From contig CAWIEK010000045.1 in assembly GCA_963835065.1 (NCBI GenBank), positions 32,001 through 96,000 on the forward strand: a DNA stretch of 64,000 nt, given 5' to 3'. The first letter of the stretch is position 1, and every line of letters starts with the position of its first letter. Shown here piece by piece: positions 1 to 10,885 of this stretch. Below the pieces are notes generated by a model, which worked only from the letters and a program-made list of their open reading frames with translations, did no database searches and was not told the origin of the DNA. Source of the DNA: an uncultured Chthonomonadaceae bacterium (GTDB lineage Bacteria > Armatimonadota > Chthonomonadetes > Chthonomonadales > Chthonomonadaceae). Position numbers and translations under genes: made by a program.

Positions 1-416
1 CGGAAGTCTTCCATCGCTGAATACAGCACTTCCTCAACGGAGCGGTTCAGGCGGTGGATTTCGTCAATGAAAAACACGCTGTCTTTTTCCAGACTGGTCA
101 GAATGGCGGCCAGATCACCGGGTTTTTCCAGCGCGGGGCCGGACGTAATGCGTATCGGCACTTCCATTTCATTGGCGACGATGTTGCTCAAGGTGGTTTT
201 GCCCAATCCGGGCGGGCCGTACAGCAGGACGTGGTCCAGGGCTTCGCCGCGCGATTTCGCCGCTTCAATGGCAATGCCTAAATTCTGCTTGGCTTTGGGC
301 TGCCCGATCATCTCGCGCAGGCGCTTTGGCCGCAGCGACAACTCGCCCGAATCGTCGGGCTGTTCGCTCGGCGACATAAACCGCCCCTCCTCGTCCTCTC
401 CTCCACGTCGTGACAT
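1..416 (-). CDS. ruvB: Holliday junction branch migration helicase RuvB (5' part, runs off window)
   Basis: Own translation of minus strand from ATG 416: [13 protein letters not shown]...[27 protein letters not shown]...[16 protein letters not shown]...[31 protein letters not shown] upstream. Confidence 0.95.
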   Translation of the reverse strand, partial: MSRRGGEDEEGRFMSPSEQPDDSGELSLRPKRLREMIGQPKAKQNLGIAIEAAKSRGEALDHVLLYGPPGLGKTTLSNIVANEMEVPIRITSGPALEKPGDLAAILTSLEKDSVFFIDEIHRLNRSVEEVLYSAMEDF

Positions 417-552
417 AGCGATTCCTTTCCGCGTCAGCAGCAAATACAAAATAGTTCTGATAGATTATTGTAACACGAAAGTGTCTTTTTGTCTACTATA
501 CGGCTGGCGTTCAAGGAGGAAATGTGAGACAGGATGGTATAGGAGGCGAAGG

Positions 553-849
553 TTACGTCCGATTGGTAGGCCATATCTCGACGGAAACGTAGTCATAGCG
601 CGTTTCATGCGAACCCTCTTTGACAGCCTCCTTGTCCGCTTCCCTGCCTGCCGGGGTTGCCGTTGACGCATTGTTCGGCGGATTGGCAGGCGCGGGCGCG
701 CGGACGACGCGCACCCATCCACTCGCGGGAGCCACGACGACCCCATTGGCTTCCGTATTCAAGCCTAAGATCGCGCCGCGCTGCACAAACTCGCCATCGC
801 GGTAAATGGCTCCATAAATCGGGTGAACGGATAAGCGCCAGGGTTCCAT
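553..849 (-). CDS. hypothetical protein
   Basis: 98-aa ORF with GGGAGA SD, co-oriented upstream of ruvB; no family recognised. Confidence 0.45.
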   Translation of the reverse strand: MEPWRLSVHPIYGAIYRDGEFVQRGAILGLNTEANGVVVAPASGWVRVVRAPAPANPPNNASTATPAGREADKEAVKEGSHETRYDYVSVEIWPTNRT

Positions 850-1174
850 GAATAACTTCTCCCATGCAATCTGCGCCAGAAATAAGGCTGTAATTAAGGA
901 AGGGCCGACAGAAAAGGGGCACGAATAGAGTGCTGCCGTGTATTATGGCAGTTGGCGCAAGGGAATACAACGGGAGTGTGTCACGCGCCGATTGTAAAAC
1001 CGGTAACACGGCGGGGTATTACCTGAAGCGAGCGAAAAGAAGGACAACAGATGCTTTTTCGCGCCTATTCTGCTTTGACCGATTCAAGGCGAAATTGTTC
1101 CGTTCTCCTGCCGGTATTTTCGCGCGTTCTTCCCGCCTTGACAGCATTTGCTGTGTGCTTCATAATGCGGGCTA

Positions 1175-3672
1175 ATGGCTTCACTCTTTCCTTACAATTA
1201 TTTGCCCTTTCCGCGTCGGGACGTCCGGCGTATTCGGGTTTGCTCCTGCGTTGCGTGGATACTGTTGTGGCTGTGCGGCATGGGAAGCGCAAAAGCGCAA
1301 ACGCCACCAGTCCCCGCGCACCGCGTTATTGTTCTGCTGGTTCCCGGCCTTCGCGCCGAGGACCTGACGCGAGTGGATTTGCCGGGACTGGCTGCCCTGC
1401 GCACGGAAGGCGCGGCAGGCTGGATGATTTGCCGCGCCGCCCGCTCCGCTGACCGCAATCTGCTGCTCCCGGATGGCCGCGACACCCCGGCTTCGCTCAC
1501 TCTTACGCTTAGCAGCGGCGGGCGCGTTCTGGCAGGGCGTCCGGCAGAAGAGAAGAAAAGAAGAAAAGAAGAAGAGAAGACAGAACAACAGGGAACAGGG
1601 AACAGGGAACAGGGAACAGAAGAAACGCAGTCGGCAATCGGCAATCCACAATCGAAAATCGAAAATCGAAAATCGAAAATCGCTGGGTTGGGCGATTTGA
1701 TACATGCAAAAGGCTGGCACACGGTTGTTTACGGCAATTCAGATACGGATGTTGTTGATGATGAGGGAACGCTGCTGGCGGCGGATAGCGCGGGAAAAGT
1801 TGACTTTCTCCATACGGAAGCCTTGACGGATGCGCAAGCCCTGTACGCGCCCTACGGCAAGCGCGACAATATCCCTGCCCTACTGCTCGCGCTTTCCACA
1901 GCCTCAGAGCGGTATGCGCTGGTGACACTGGTGTTTGGCGATCTGGCGCGGGCGGACGCTTACGGCGCGTTGTGCCTGCCCGCGCAGCGCGACCTTCACC
2001 GCCTAACGGCTTTGCGCTCTCTTGATGGACTGCTGACAACACTCCATTCCCAAATGCAGGCCGCGCCCGGTCCGCCGATCCGCTTTTTCCTGCTATCCCC
2101 TGCTCCGGCAACATCAGCCGACTTGCATGACCGGCTTACGCCCATTCTGATGTGGGGGCACGATGTACGCGCCGGGATTCTGGCATCCCCTTCCACGCGC
2201 CTGCCCGGTATCGTCGTCAACACGGATTTTCTGCCGTCTCTCGCCGAAGCGTTCGGCGTCGCGCCACCTGCGGGAGCGATTGGGCGGGCTTTTCAAGCGC
2301 AGCCCACGCGCAATGCCAACTCGCTTACCGACTGGCAAGCGGCTCACAATCAAATTTTACAATCGGAGCGCTTGAAAGACGTTTACGGCGGATTGCCCAC
2401 CCTGCAAATGCTGCTAGTAATTGCGGCGTTAGGATGCTTCCACTTCCGTCGCTATCGCTTCGCCGGTTCCTTTATCACCGCGATTGTCGCCCTGCCGCTT
2501 GCCCTTTTGCTGCTGCCGTACCTGTCCTTTGCTGCGGCCTCGGTAACTGGCGCGGGCATCGCAATCACAATTTTCCTTCTAGCCTTCGCCACAGTAGCAT
2601 GGTGTTTGTACCCGTCCCGGCGTGGGGTTCCGTTCCTCCTGACAATGCTGTTTACAGTTCTGCTCAGCGTCCTTGCCCTTGATCTGCTTACCGGCTCCCA
2701 TCTCTTGCGTCAGGCATGGATGAGTTACTCCGTCATGGAAGCGGCCCGCTTCTACGGCATTGGCAACGAGTACATGGGCGTTATGATCGGGGCGGCATGT
2801 ATTGTGATAGGGAAAAGGGATAAGGGAAAAGGGAAAGGGATAAGGAAGAGGGGGAGAAGAGGAGAGAGGGAGAAGAGAAGACAGAAGCAAGCGAACCGCC
2901 GCCTATCAACTATCAACTATCAACTAAAAACTCCTTATCCCTTATCCCTTACACCTTATCCCTTTTCTTCCTCCTCTTCCTCCTCGGCTACAACCGTTTC
3001 GGGGCGAAGGTCGGCGCAATTCCTTCAGCGGGCATGGCGCTGGGCGTGGAAGGGTTGATGCTGTGGCGGGGCAGGCTTCGCGCCCGTGACCTGCTCCTGA
3101 TTGGCGGGGCGGCGGTGTTGGTTTTGGCCGGGTTGCTGCTGCTGGATATGCGGCACGGAATGGGTGAGCAATCCCATTTCGCCCGCGCGTTTGCCGGTTC
3201 GGGCGGCAGCCTGCCCGAAATAGCCCTGCGCAAACTCCGTCTGGAAGGCTATCTGCTCCTGCACAGTCCGTGGAGCGCGGCCCTGCTTGCGGCCTCACTT
3301 GGTTTCTTTGCTGTGGTGACAGGCAGGGGAAAAGAAGAGAAGACAGGGAACAGGGAACAGGGAACAGAAGGGGAGATACAAGATACAAGATATAAGATAC
3401 AAGCAGGAGGTGAGGCTTCATCACTCATCACTCATCACTCATCATTTCCTGCCCTATCAACTATCAACTATCAACTATCAACTACTTACGGTCTTATAAC
3501 CGGCGCAATGGCGTCGCTGCTTTGCAATGATTCGGGAGTAACGGCAGCCGCTATGATTATGCTGTTCGGGTTTGCGTGGGTATTGGCGCAGGAGGCAGAG
3601 GACAAGCGTTTGGGCGTTTTCCCTGTTTCCTCTTCTGATGCTGCGAGTGGCGTTTCGGAACCCATTGATTGA
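1175..3672 (+). CDS. multi-pass membrane protein with alkaline-phosphatase-like N-terminal region; one frameshift at ~2835
   Basis: ORFs 1175-3058 and 3034-3672 join across a repeat tract; motifs ARFYGIGNEYMG, FGAKVG, NDSGV; several low-complexity heptamer inserts. Confidence 0.7.
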
Positions 3673-3736
3673 AACCTGCCTTTTTGACGCCTGTCTTTCA
3701 CTTGGTCTTATCACCCGCTTACAGTCGCGTACGCAA

Positions 3737-6598
3737 ATGACCCAACACTCAACACCCGATACCCAACACCCGATACCTCCTCCTACAAAGAGGAGGTTGC
3801 GCCACGTCTTGCGGGAGCGTTGGCAGGCATGGAGGCCGCGCTTGCTGTTTGTGGAACGCGCGGTTTTTGTTGTGTCGGTAATCGGGGCGCTGTTGTTTCC
3901 CGGCTGGCGCGAAAACCTTGCCGGCCTGTGGATGAGTCTGAACGGCGTTTACGCCTTGATTGCCTGCGCGTGGGTGACGCTGCATGGCCGTGCGCTATGG
4001 CACGTTCGGGACAGCATCTTGCGTTGGGCCATTTGTTTGTCTGTGCTGTGCGGGCTGATGATTTATACCACGCAATTTGACGCGGCGGTTTCTATCGGCA
4101 ATCCCGCCGGAATCCCTTCCCCCATCGAAGCCATTGGGCCGACCCTGCTCCTGCCTATCTGGTTCCTATTATTCTGCGGGCTGATGGTGGTTGGACTGAT
4201 CGGGGGAAGCGTCGGCTCGTTTGTGGGGCGACGGAGCGGAGACAATGAGCGCTCCGCCCGCGTCGGCGTTACAATGAGTATGGTATCTACGATTGCGCTG
4301 GCGGTTGCCGTCGCGTTCCTGCCGAAAAATGTCGGCGCGGATGGTTTGGGAATGGGCTTACTGTTTTGCAGTTTTCCCCTGCTGACGCGCCTGTATACGC
4401 AGACACAGCCCAATTTTTCAGGTCCCGTAAAGCATTGGATGCAGCCTGCAAAGCGCCTGCTTACCACCTGCCTGATATGGCGCTGGCATACGCCCGCGCT
4501 TCCCTTCGCCAAAGCGATTCCATCCGCCAATCGGATTCCGGCCCGCAAGTCAATGGTCACGCTGGACATGCGGGGCGCGATACTGGGATTTGTGGTTGCC
4601 GCGCTGCTGCTGCGGATTCCGGCGCGGTTTGTCGGCCCGCTGCAAAGCCAGGCGCTGACCGGGCTGACGCATTTGCGCGCAAGCGTAACGGCAGCCACGT
4701 CGCCGTTCCCGTCGGAAATGTTTCCAGCCGAACAGCGGCGCAAAGCGGCGAAGGCGCGCGAGGGGTTTGTAATTCTGCGCATGGACTTGCAAACGCGCTA
4801 CGATGCCGCGCGCGGCTCCGAAGCGGAAGTTCAGGCAGACATGATCGCGCGGCTTGAAAAATGGGGCGTAAAGCGCGTCGTTTTGCCCCTGCCTGTCCTG
4901 AAAGGCAAAATGATTTCCGGCCAAACGTCGCAAAATGACGGCCCGGCTCCCGATGACGACGATGTAAAGCATAATCGCGCTTATGCGCCCCTGCTGGCAC
5001 GGCTGCTCCATGCAACGCCGAACGTTGCGCTGGCCGTGCCTTCCAATGTTGATTTCGAGGACGCCCGCGTGAAACTGCTTGTCGGCGCGGCTTCCTCGGC
5101 AGGAACCGCCGAGGTTTCGCGTTCCCCGGCCACGTATCTGCCCATCGTGCCCGAAGCATGGCGTGACCGCCCGCCCCTGCCCGCCCTGCTGTGCGCGCAA
5201 ATCCTAACGTCTTCAGCGCCGCCTGCTCCGGCATTGCCGCCCATCAGACGGCAGGGCGCTATGCCGCCACAGTCTGAAAAGGCTCCGCTAAAGTCTCAAA
5301 AGGCTCCGCAGAACAGCGCCTTGCCGCATACGTTACGGGAGATACCCGGCTGCGCGCGGCCCGGCGTTTATGACGACAGCGTACTGGTTGATTTCGTCGG
5401 GCAGGGGCCGCGCGAGGATTTTCTGCATGCCACCTACAGTGAAATCCGCGCCAACGCGCCCCTGCTGTCTCTTAAAGCAGGAGACGCGCCGCCGCAAAAA
5501 GCTTCCCCGGATACTCCCAGAGTCCGGGGCGAATGGAAGCCGGCTTCCGAACTGCTGCGGGGGCGGGTGGTCTTTCTGGATGCCCTGCCCCATACGGCTG
5601 TACTCACGCCTGCCGGTTCCATGACGCAATCGGAAGCGCAGGCGTATGCCGCGTCCACGCTGCTGTCGCAGGAAGCCTTTACGCGGACTGCGCCGCTCAC
5701 ATTCGCCATTTTGACGCTGCTGCTCGGCGCGTTCGTCGGCCATACCTGCGCGCGGCAGGAGCCGCTGGATGCCATTATCCGCCTGCTTATTCCCCTCTTT
5801 CTCGTGGTCGCCGGAAGCATTGAATTGTTTCTGTTTCAGTCTGCGTGGTTCGATCCCGTCTTGCCCCTGCTGACGATGGCCGCGACGGGTATGCTTGCCA
5901 CGCAGTTCCGCTTTGCCCGCGAACGCGCCGAAAAACACCGCGCGTCGGCGCTGTTCGGGCGGTTTGTGGCCCCGCACATGGTGCAGAGGTGGCTGGCGCA
6001 GCGCGAGGAAGAGTTGGGGATGGGCGGAACCCGCGAGAAAATCTGCGTCCTGTTCGCCGACGCGCGCCAATTCACCGCGTTTGCCGAACAAAACGACGCC
6101 ACCATTGTCCTCGATGTCATCAACGCCTACATGACCGCGCTGACGGATGCCCTTCACGCGCATGGCGGCATTTTGGACAAGTACACGGGCGACGGCCTGA
6201 TGGCGTTTTTCCAGATCACCCACTCGCCTTCCGAAGACATTGGCCGCGCCGTACACGCCGCGCTTGCCATGCGCGACGCCGCGCTGCAATTGTCCGCGCA
6301 GCAGGAACGCGACGGCAAGCCGATGCTGTCATTGGGAATTTCGCTGCATTACGGCGAAGCGATTGTGGGCTTGGTGGGCAACCCGAAGCTGCAGATCAAT
6401 TATACGGCGATGGGGTTGGCGGTTGTAGTCGCCGCCCGCCTGCAAACCATAGCGGGCGGGGGCGATGTAGTGGTCAGCGAAGAAGTCTACCGCGAAACGC
6501 AGGAAGCGTTTGCGTTTGTCGTGGGCGAACCGGTACAGGTCAAGGGCTTAACGCAGCCCGTGCGCCCCTACCGCGTCCTTGCCGCCCAATCGGAATAG
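3737..6598 (+). CDS. membrane-bound class III adenylate/guanylate cyclase with CHASE2-like sensor region
   Basis: C-terminal VLFADARQFT, LDKYTGDGLMAFF, YTAMGLAVVVAARLQ, VQVKG; N-terminal TM helices; start moved to ATG 3737. Confidence 0.85.
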   Translation: MTQHSTPDTQHPIPPPTKRRLRHVLRERWQAWRPRLLFVERAVFVVSVIGALLFPGWRENLAGLWMSLNGVYALIACAWVTLHGRALWHVRDSILRWAICLSVLCGLMIYTTQFDAAVSIGNPAGIPSPIEAIGPTLLLPIWFLLFCGLMVVGLIGGSVGSFVGRRSGDNERSARVGVTMSMVSTIALAVAVAFLPKNVGADGLGMGLLFCSFPLLTRLYTQTQPNFSGPVKHWMQPAKRLLTTCLIWRWHTPALPFAKAIPSANRIPARKSMVTLDMRGAILGFVVAALLLRIPARFVGPLQSQALTGLTHLRASVTAATSPFPSEMFPAEQRRKAAKAREGFVILRMDLQTRYDAARGSEAEVQADMIARLEKWGVKRVVLPLPVLKGKMISGQTSQNDGPAPDDDDVKHNRAYAPLLARLLHATPNVALAVPSNVDFEDARVKLLVGAASSAGTAEVSRSPATYLPIVPEAWRDRPPLPALLCAQILTSSAPPAPALPPIRRQGAMPPQSEKAPLKSQKAPQNSALPHTLREIPGCARPGVYDDSVLVDFVGQGPREDFLHATYSEIRANAPLLSLKAGDAPPQKASPDTPRVRGEWKPASELLRGRVVFLDALPHTAVLTPAGSMTQSEAQAYAASTLLSQEAFTRTAPLTFAILTLLLGAFVGHTCARQEPLDAIIRLLIPLFLVVAGSIELFLFQSAWFDPVLPLLTMAATGMLATQFRFARERAEKHRASALFGRFVAPHMVQRWLAQREEELGMGGTREKICVLFADARQFTAFAEQNDATIVLDVINAYMTALTDALHAHGGILDKYTGDGLMAFFQITHSPSEDIGRAVHAALAMRDAALQLSAQQERDGKPMLSLGISLHYGEAIVGLVGNPKLQINYTAMGLAVVVAARLQTIAGGGDVVVSEEVYRETQEAFAFVVGEPVQVKGLTQPVRPYRVLAAQSE

Positions 6599-6668
6599 GA
6601 AGTTCTTTCAACCCCCAACATCAGCCAAAGCTTTGCTAAAACGGGAAAAGCGGTCTGTACAAAAAAGG

Positions 6669-6813
6669 TATGTAGAGTCATCGTCGAAATCTTGGCAATG
6701 CAGCGCTTCCAGCCCGATGTCTCGTTGTGTCAAATTGTAGGAGAGAGGCATCGTGACCTCGTAAGCATCAGGGCGAACGGGAGGGGTGAAACATAGGACT
6801 GGCACCTCCCTTC
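6669..6813 (-). repeat. 145-bp conserved element, copy 1 (candidate sRNA or small-peptide gene)
   Basis: Gapless near-identity (about 5 differences) to 38847-38991. Confidence 0.8.
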
Positions 6814-6888
6814 TCAGTTGATAGTTGATAGTTGATAGTTGATAGGAACTAGCAACGTTCAGCCTTCTTGTTTGTATAGCAGACGTTG

Positions 6889-6927
6889 TTCTACTGTTTA
6901 GACGACTGTGTGGGGCAAAGGTTTCGT
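6889..6927 (-). promoter_or_regulatory. ECF-sigma-type promoter upstream of 145-bp element copy 1
   Basis: Minus strand GAAAC-N16-CGTCTAAACAGTAGAA; same arrangement upstream of copy 2. Confidence 0.55.
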
Positions 6928-7003
6928 TCTTTTTGCGTTGTTTGGCTTTTTTCTGTCTTTTTGGAATTATTTTTGCAGAATGGTTTTGGCGAGAGGGTTG
7001 CTG

Positions 7004-7591
7004 TTAGCGTGGTATGGGAATGGGGAATGTGCTTCCGCGTGGAGCAAGGGGAAAGGGCGCTTGCTTCAGGTTCGTACATCCAGCATTTGCCAGGGACGCC
7101 GGGACATGGCTGCTGAGGACGTTGCCGCTCGTGTCCAGCCGAACCGCAACACTGCCTTGCACATCAAAGGCATAGAACACGCTGCCGCCGCCTACCCCGT
7201 TCACATGCCGAGCAACCAAGCCGTTCGCGCCAACGGTGTTGACGGCTGTGACGTTGCCGCTTGCGTCGAGTTCACAGACGGGAACAAGCCCATCGTAGAG
7301 GAAGTACGTTCTGCCAGCCGAAGATTGCTTCCAAGCCCGCAAGCCGTCGCTGCCATACCCTGCCGTGAGCGCCGTGCCAATGCTCGTCAGCTTGTTGTTG
7401 GCGTCGTAGGCGAGCGCACTCCCGTTCCAACTTTGCGGGTTGCCGTTGGCATCGAAGGTGACAGTTCCGCCCTGCGTGTTCTGGTTGACGCTGTTGAAGG
7501 TCTGCGTTACGCCCTTGAACGTGGTCGGATTGCCCACAAGGTAATACCCATAGCCGTTGCTGTACCCACCTGTGCCCTTCCATGTAGTCAC
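7004..7591 (-). pseudogene. RHS/YD-repeat protein fragment
   Basis: YD-like repeats (FDANGN, YDANNKL, YLYDG, FDVQGSV); lacks the N-terminus, RHS core end and toxin tip. Confidence 0.75.
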
Positions 7592-7637
7592 TAACCTCTG
7601 ATAGCAGAAGGTTAGTCAGAATCTGAGTCAGGCGTAG

Positions 7638-8168
7638 TCACCTAGTTTCTTTATGCGCTTCATCATCCAACCACTGTAGGTTCTCGGCTCCCGCTTCCTT
7701 CACTCCCATGTTTGTACTCTGGTACGCACGAGTGGCAAACTTGCGTGTGAGATCATCGCTGACTTTTCGACATAGTATCAACATCTCCACAACTTCTTGT
7801 TCGTCCATGTTCTGAAAGTAAGGTTCTAAAGCCTCTTCAAGCGGCTGAATAAGTTCATCGTATGGCACAGAAACTATCACCTCTTGAATAATATCTGTTT
7901 GCCCGCTCCAATAACTAAGACGCTTCAGCAATTCAGGCAGTAACTTCACTTTGTCATCGTTGCTTAATTCTTTCACAATGAACGGAGTACACAGATATGC
8001 CCTCCGCTCATTGTAATCGGTCAGCCCGTTACGAAGATACTGCTGATAGTTGGGACCGGTCACAAACGTTTCCAACAATTCTTTATACAGCAGAGGATTC
8101 CTGGCATGTTGAGAAACGGCATAGACGAGCTTTTGCCAAAGCAAGCCAGCCTCATCCTGAGATAACAT
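7638..8168 (-). CDS. hypothetical helical protein, possible orphan immunity protein
   Basis: 176 aa, visibly lower GC than flanks, adjacent to RHS fragment. Confidence 0.55.
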   Translation of the reverse strand: MLSQDEAGLLWQKLVYAVSQHARNPLLYKELLETFVTGPNYQQYLRNGLTDYNERRAYLCTPFIVKELSNDDKVKLLPELLKRLSYWSGQTDIIQEVIVSVPYDELIQPLEEALEPYFQNMDEQEVVEMLILCRKVSDDLTRKFATRAYQSTNMGVKEAGAENLQWLDDEAHKETR

Positions 8169-8171
8169 TCC

Positions 8172-9152
8172 TTAATCCGCCACTTTGAGGACGACTTTGC
8201 CGTTGATGTGGCCTTCCTGCTGGATTTGCTGCGCTTCGGCGGCGTGTTCTAAGGGCAGGATGCGGGCGACAAACGTGCGCAGTTCGCCCGTGTTCAGTTG
8301 TTTGGCGATGTCGGACAGCAGCATCCCGCTCGGCTGCATTTGAAACATTTGGGCGCGGACGTTGTACTCCTTCGCGGTATCCTGTGAAGGCGGGTCCGTT
8401 GTCGTGACCAGAATTCCGCCCGCGTTGAGCGTCCGCCATGTCCGTTCGCGTATGTCGCCGCCAATCGTGTCCAGAGCCACATCCACGCCGCTGACGTGCT
8501 GTTCAAATTGGATGCTGTTGTAATCCAGTACGGTATCCGCGCCTAACTCGCGCAGCAGAGACGTGTGTTCGTGGGTACTCAGCGCGACGATATGACAGCC
8601 GACCTGCCGCGCGAACTGAATGGCGTACATGCCGACGCCGCCCGCTGCACCGTGTATCAGCACCTTGTCGCCCCTGCCGATACGCGCCGCCTGATGCAAT
8701 GCCTGCCATGCCGTCATCGCTACAACCGGAACGCTGGCCGCTTCCACAGCCGTCAGCGCCCCTGGCTTGTGCGCCACTTCGCCCGCGCGGGCAATCGCGT
8801 ACTGCGCATACGCCCCGCCTCTTTCGCTCGCCGCCACGCCGTACACATGTTCGCCAACCGCAATGTGCTTGACGCCCTCCCCGACTTCCACGACCACGCC
8901 CGCAAAGTCAGAGCCGAGGATTGCCGGAAAAGTCAGCGGAAATACCGCCTGCACCGCGCCACTGCGCATTTTATAATCAATCGGATTCACACCCGCCGCC
9001 TGTACGCGGACCAAAACTTCGCCTTCTCCCGGCTGTGGAATGGGCGCGTCCTCATATTGCAGCGCTTCCGGCCCGCCATAACCGTGTATCCGCACCGCCT
9101 TCATCGTCGCCGGTCTTGCCGACGCCACGCTTCCCGCCTCATAAATCGTCAT
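8172..9152 (-). CDS. NADP-dependent oxidoreductase (MDR/quinone reductase family)
   Basis: AAGVNPIDYK, ILGSDFAGVV, VLIHGAAGGVG, GKVVL. Confidence 0.92.
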   Translation of the reverse strand: MTIYEAGSVASARPATMKAVRIHGYGGPEALQYEDAPIPQPGEGEVLVRVQAAGVNPIDYKMRSGAVQAVFPLTFPAILGSDFAGVVVEVGEGVKHIAVGEHVYGVAASERGGAYAQYAIARAGEVAHKPGALTAVEAASVPVVAMTAWQALHQAARIGRGDKVLIHGAAGGVGMYAIQFARQVGCHIVALSTHEHTSLLRELGADTVLDYNSIQFEQHVSGVDVALDTIGGDIRERTWRTLNAGGILVTTTDPPSQDTAKEYNVRAQMFQMQPSGMLLSDIAKQLNTGELRTFVARILPLEHAAEAQQIQQEGHINGKVVLKVAD

Positions 9153-9490
9153 TGCCGTCCCTCCTCCACGCGCCCAAATTCATATTGCTTCCTACTTTGC
9201 TATACGCGCCAACTTCCCGCCCGTTCCGCTTGCAAAAGAAGAAAAGGAGAAGAGGAGAAGAGGAGAGGGAGAGAAGACGGAATATAGGAATATGGAATAT
9301 AGGAAGCCTGAACACCGAATACCGAATACCGAACACCTAAATACCCTAGAACCCTAAAACCATAAAAACCTAAAACCTTAACCCTCCTACAAAGGAATCT
9401 GCCCGTGCAATGCGGAATATACCGGTAATCTGATTACCTGCCGGGCGGCAATCCTTACAATGCCCGGCATACTCCGAGGAGCCAACGCCG

Positions 9491-10852
9491 GTGACTGCAA
9501 CAGATTTCAGTTCGATACCATCCGAGGAAACGGAACTTGCTCCGTTTGAACGCGAGGCGCTTGTCCGCCGCGTGACCATGCGCCTGATCCCCTTTTTGTT
9601 TTTTCTTTATGTGATCGCCTACCTTGACCGCGTGAACGTGTCCATTGCCAAACTGCAAATGCAGCCGGCCTTGCACTTCAGTGACGCGGTTTATGGGTTG
9701 GGAACGGGTATCTTTTTCATCGGCTACTTCTTTTTCGAGGTGCCGAGCAATCTGATGCTGGCGCGGTTTGGGGCCAGGCGCTGGATTGCGCGCATTATGT
9801 TTACGTGGGGATTGCTGGCGATGGCAATGGCGCTGACGCGGAGCGCGCCTACCTTCTACGGCCTGCGCTTCCTGCTTGGCCTGGGCGAAGCCGGCTTTTT
9901 CCCCGGCGTGATTTTGTACCTGACGTGCTGGTTTACGCGGGCGGAACGGGCGCGCATCGTGGCCCTGTTTATGACCGGAAACATGGTCGCGCTCATCCTG
10001 GGCAATCCGATTTCCGGCGCGCTGCTGAAAGTGCAGGGGCATGGATTGGCGGGCTGGCAATGGCTGTTTGTGCTGGAAGGCTTGCCCGCCGTCGTGGTCG
10101 CGTTCGTGGTTCTCTGGTATCTGCCGAATGGCCCCGAAGACGCGCGCTGGCTGACTTCAAAGGAACGGAACTGGCTTATCGGACGATTGCAGCAGGAGGA
10201 CCGCGCCTGTACGGGGCATGGCCTCTCGCTGTTCCAATCCATCACCCAGCCCCGCGTCGCCCTGATGAGCCTGCTGTACTTTACGCTCGTCCTCAGCATG
10301 TACGGGTATGGGTTCTGGCTGCCTTCCATCATCAAGAGTTTCGGCAAACTGTCGGATTTGTACGTCAGTTTCCTGACCGACATTCCTTATATCGCTACCG
10401 CTATCGGCATGGTGATGATTGGAATTCATTCGGATCGGAAGAAGGAGCGACGGCTGCATGTCACCGCGTCCGCTTTGATGGGATGCCTGGGGCTGACGGT
10501 TGCGGCGTTCACGATTCATTGGCCTGCCATTTGCCTGGCCGCGCTTGCGGTTGCCGCCATCGGCATGTGGGGCACACTGGGACCATTCTGGAGCCTGGCA
10601 ACGGAGTTTCTGGCGGGCGCGGCGGCGGCGGGCGCGATTGCGCTGACCAACAGCATTGGCAATTTAGGGGGGTTTGTCGGCCCCTACACCATCGGCAAAC
10701 TCGACCCTTCCAAGTTCGGTTTCACTATTCCCCTGCTGGTACTGGCGACATCCGCGCTGATTGCCAGTGTGATCGCATTCTGCTCCGGCAGCAGTCCCGG
10801 CTCCCCTGCCAAAGAAGTTCAAAGCTATCAAGTTCAAGAACAACCAACTTAA
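9491..10852 (+). CDS. MFS transporter (anion:cation symporter family)
   Basis: AYLDRVN, FEVPSN, GARRWIARIM, EAGFFPG, GWQWLFVLEGLP, NSIGNLGGFVGP. Confidence 0.93.
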   Translation: MTATDFSSIPSEETELAPFEREALVRRVTMRLIPFLFFLYVIAYLDRVNVSIAKLQMQPALHFSDAVYGLGTGIFFIGYFFFEVPSNLMLARFGARRWIARIMFTWGLLAMAMALTRSAPTFYGLRFLLGLGEAGFFPGVILYLTCWFTRAERARIVALFMTGNMVALILGNPISGALLKVQGHGLAGWQWLFVLEGLPAVVVAFVVLWYLPNGPEDARWLTSKERNWLIGRLQQEDRACTGHGLSLFQSITQPRVALMSLLYFTLVLSMYGYGFWLPSIIKSFGKLSDLYVSFLTDIPYIATAIGMVMIGIHSDRKKERRLHVTASALMGCLGLTVAAFTIHWPAICLAALAVAAIGMWGTLGPFWSLATEFLAGAAAAGAIALTNSIGNLGGFVGPYTIGKLDPSKFGFTIPLLVLATSALIASVIAFCSGSSPGSPAKEVQSYQVQEQPT

Positions 10853-10885
10853 ATCCAATACTATTCGCTTGTGGGAGGTTTACAC

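Noticed and set aside
54..666. Plus-strand ORFs at window start
   Set aside because: Antisense shadows of ruvB, which the ORF track missed because it runs off the window
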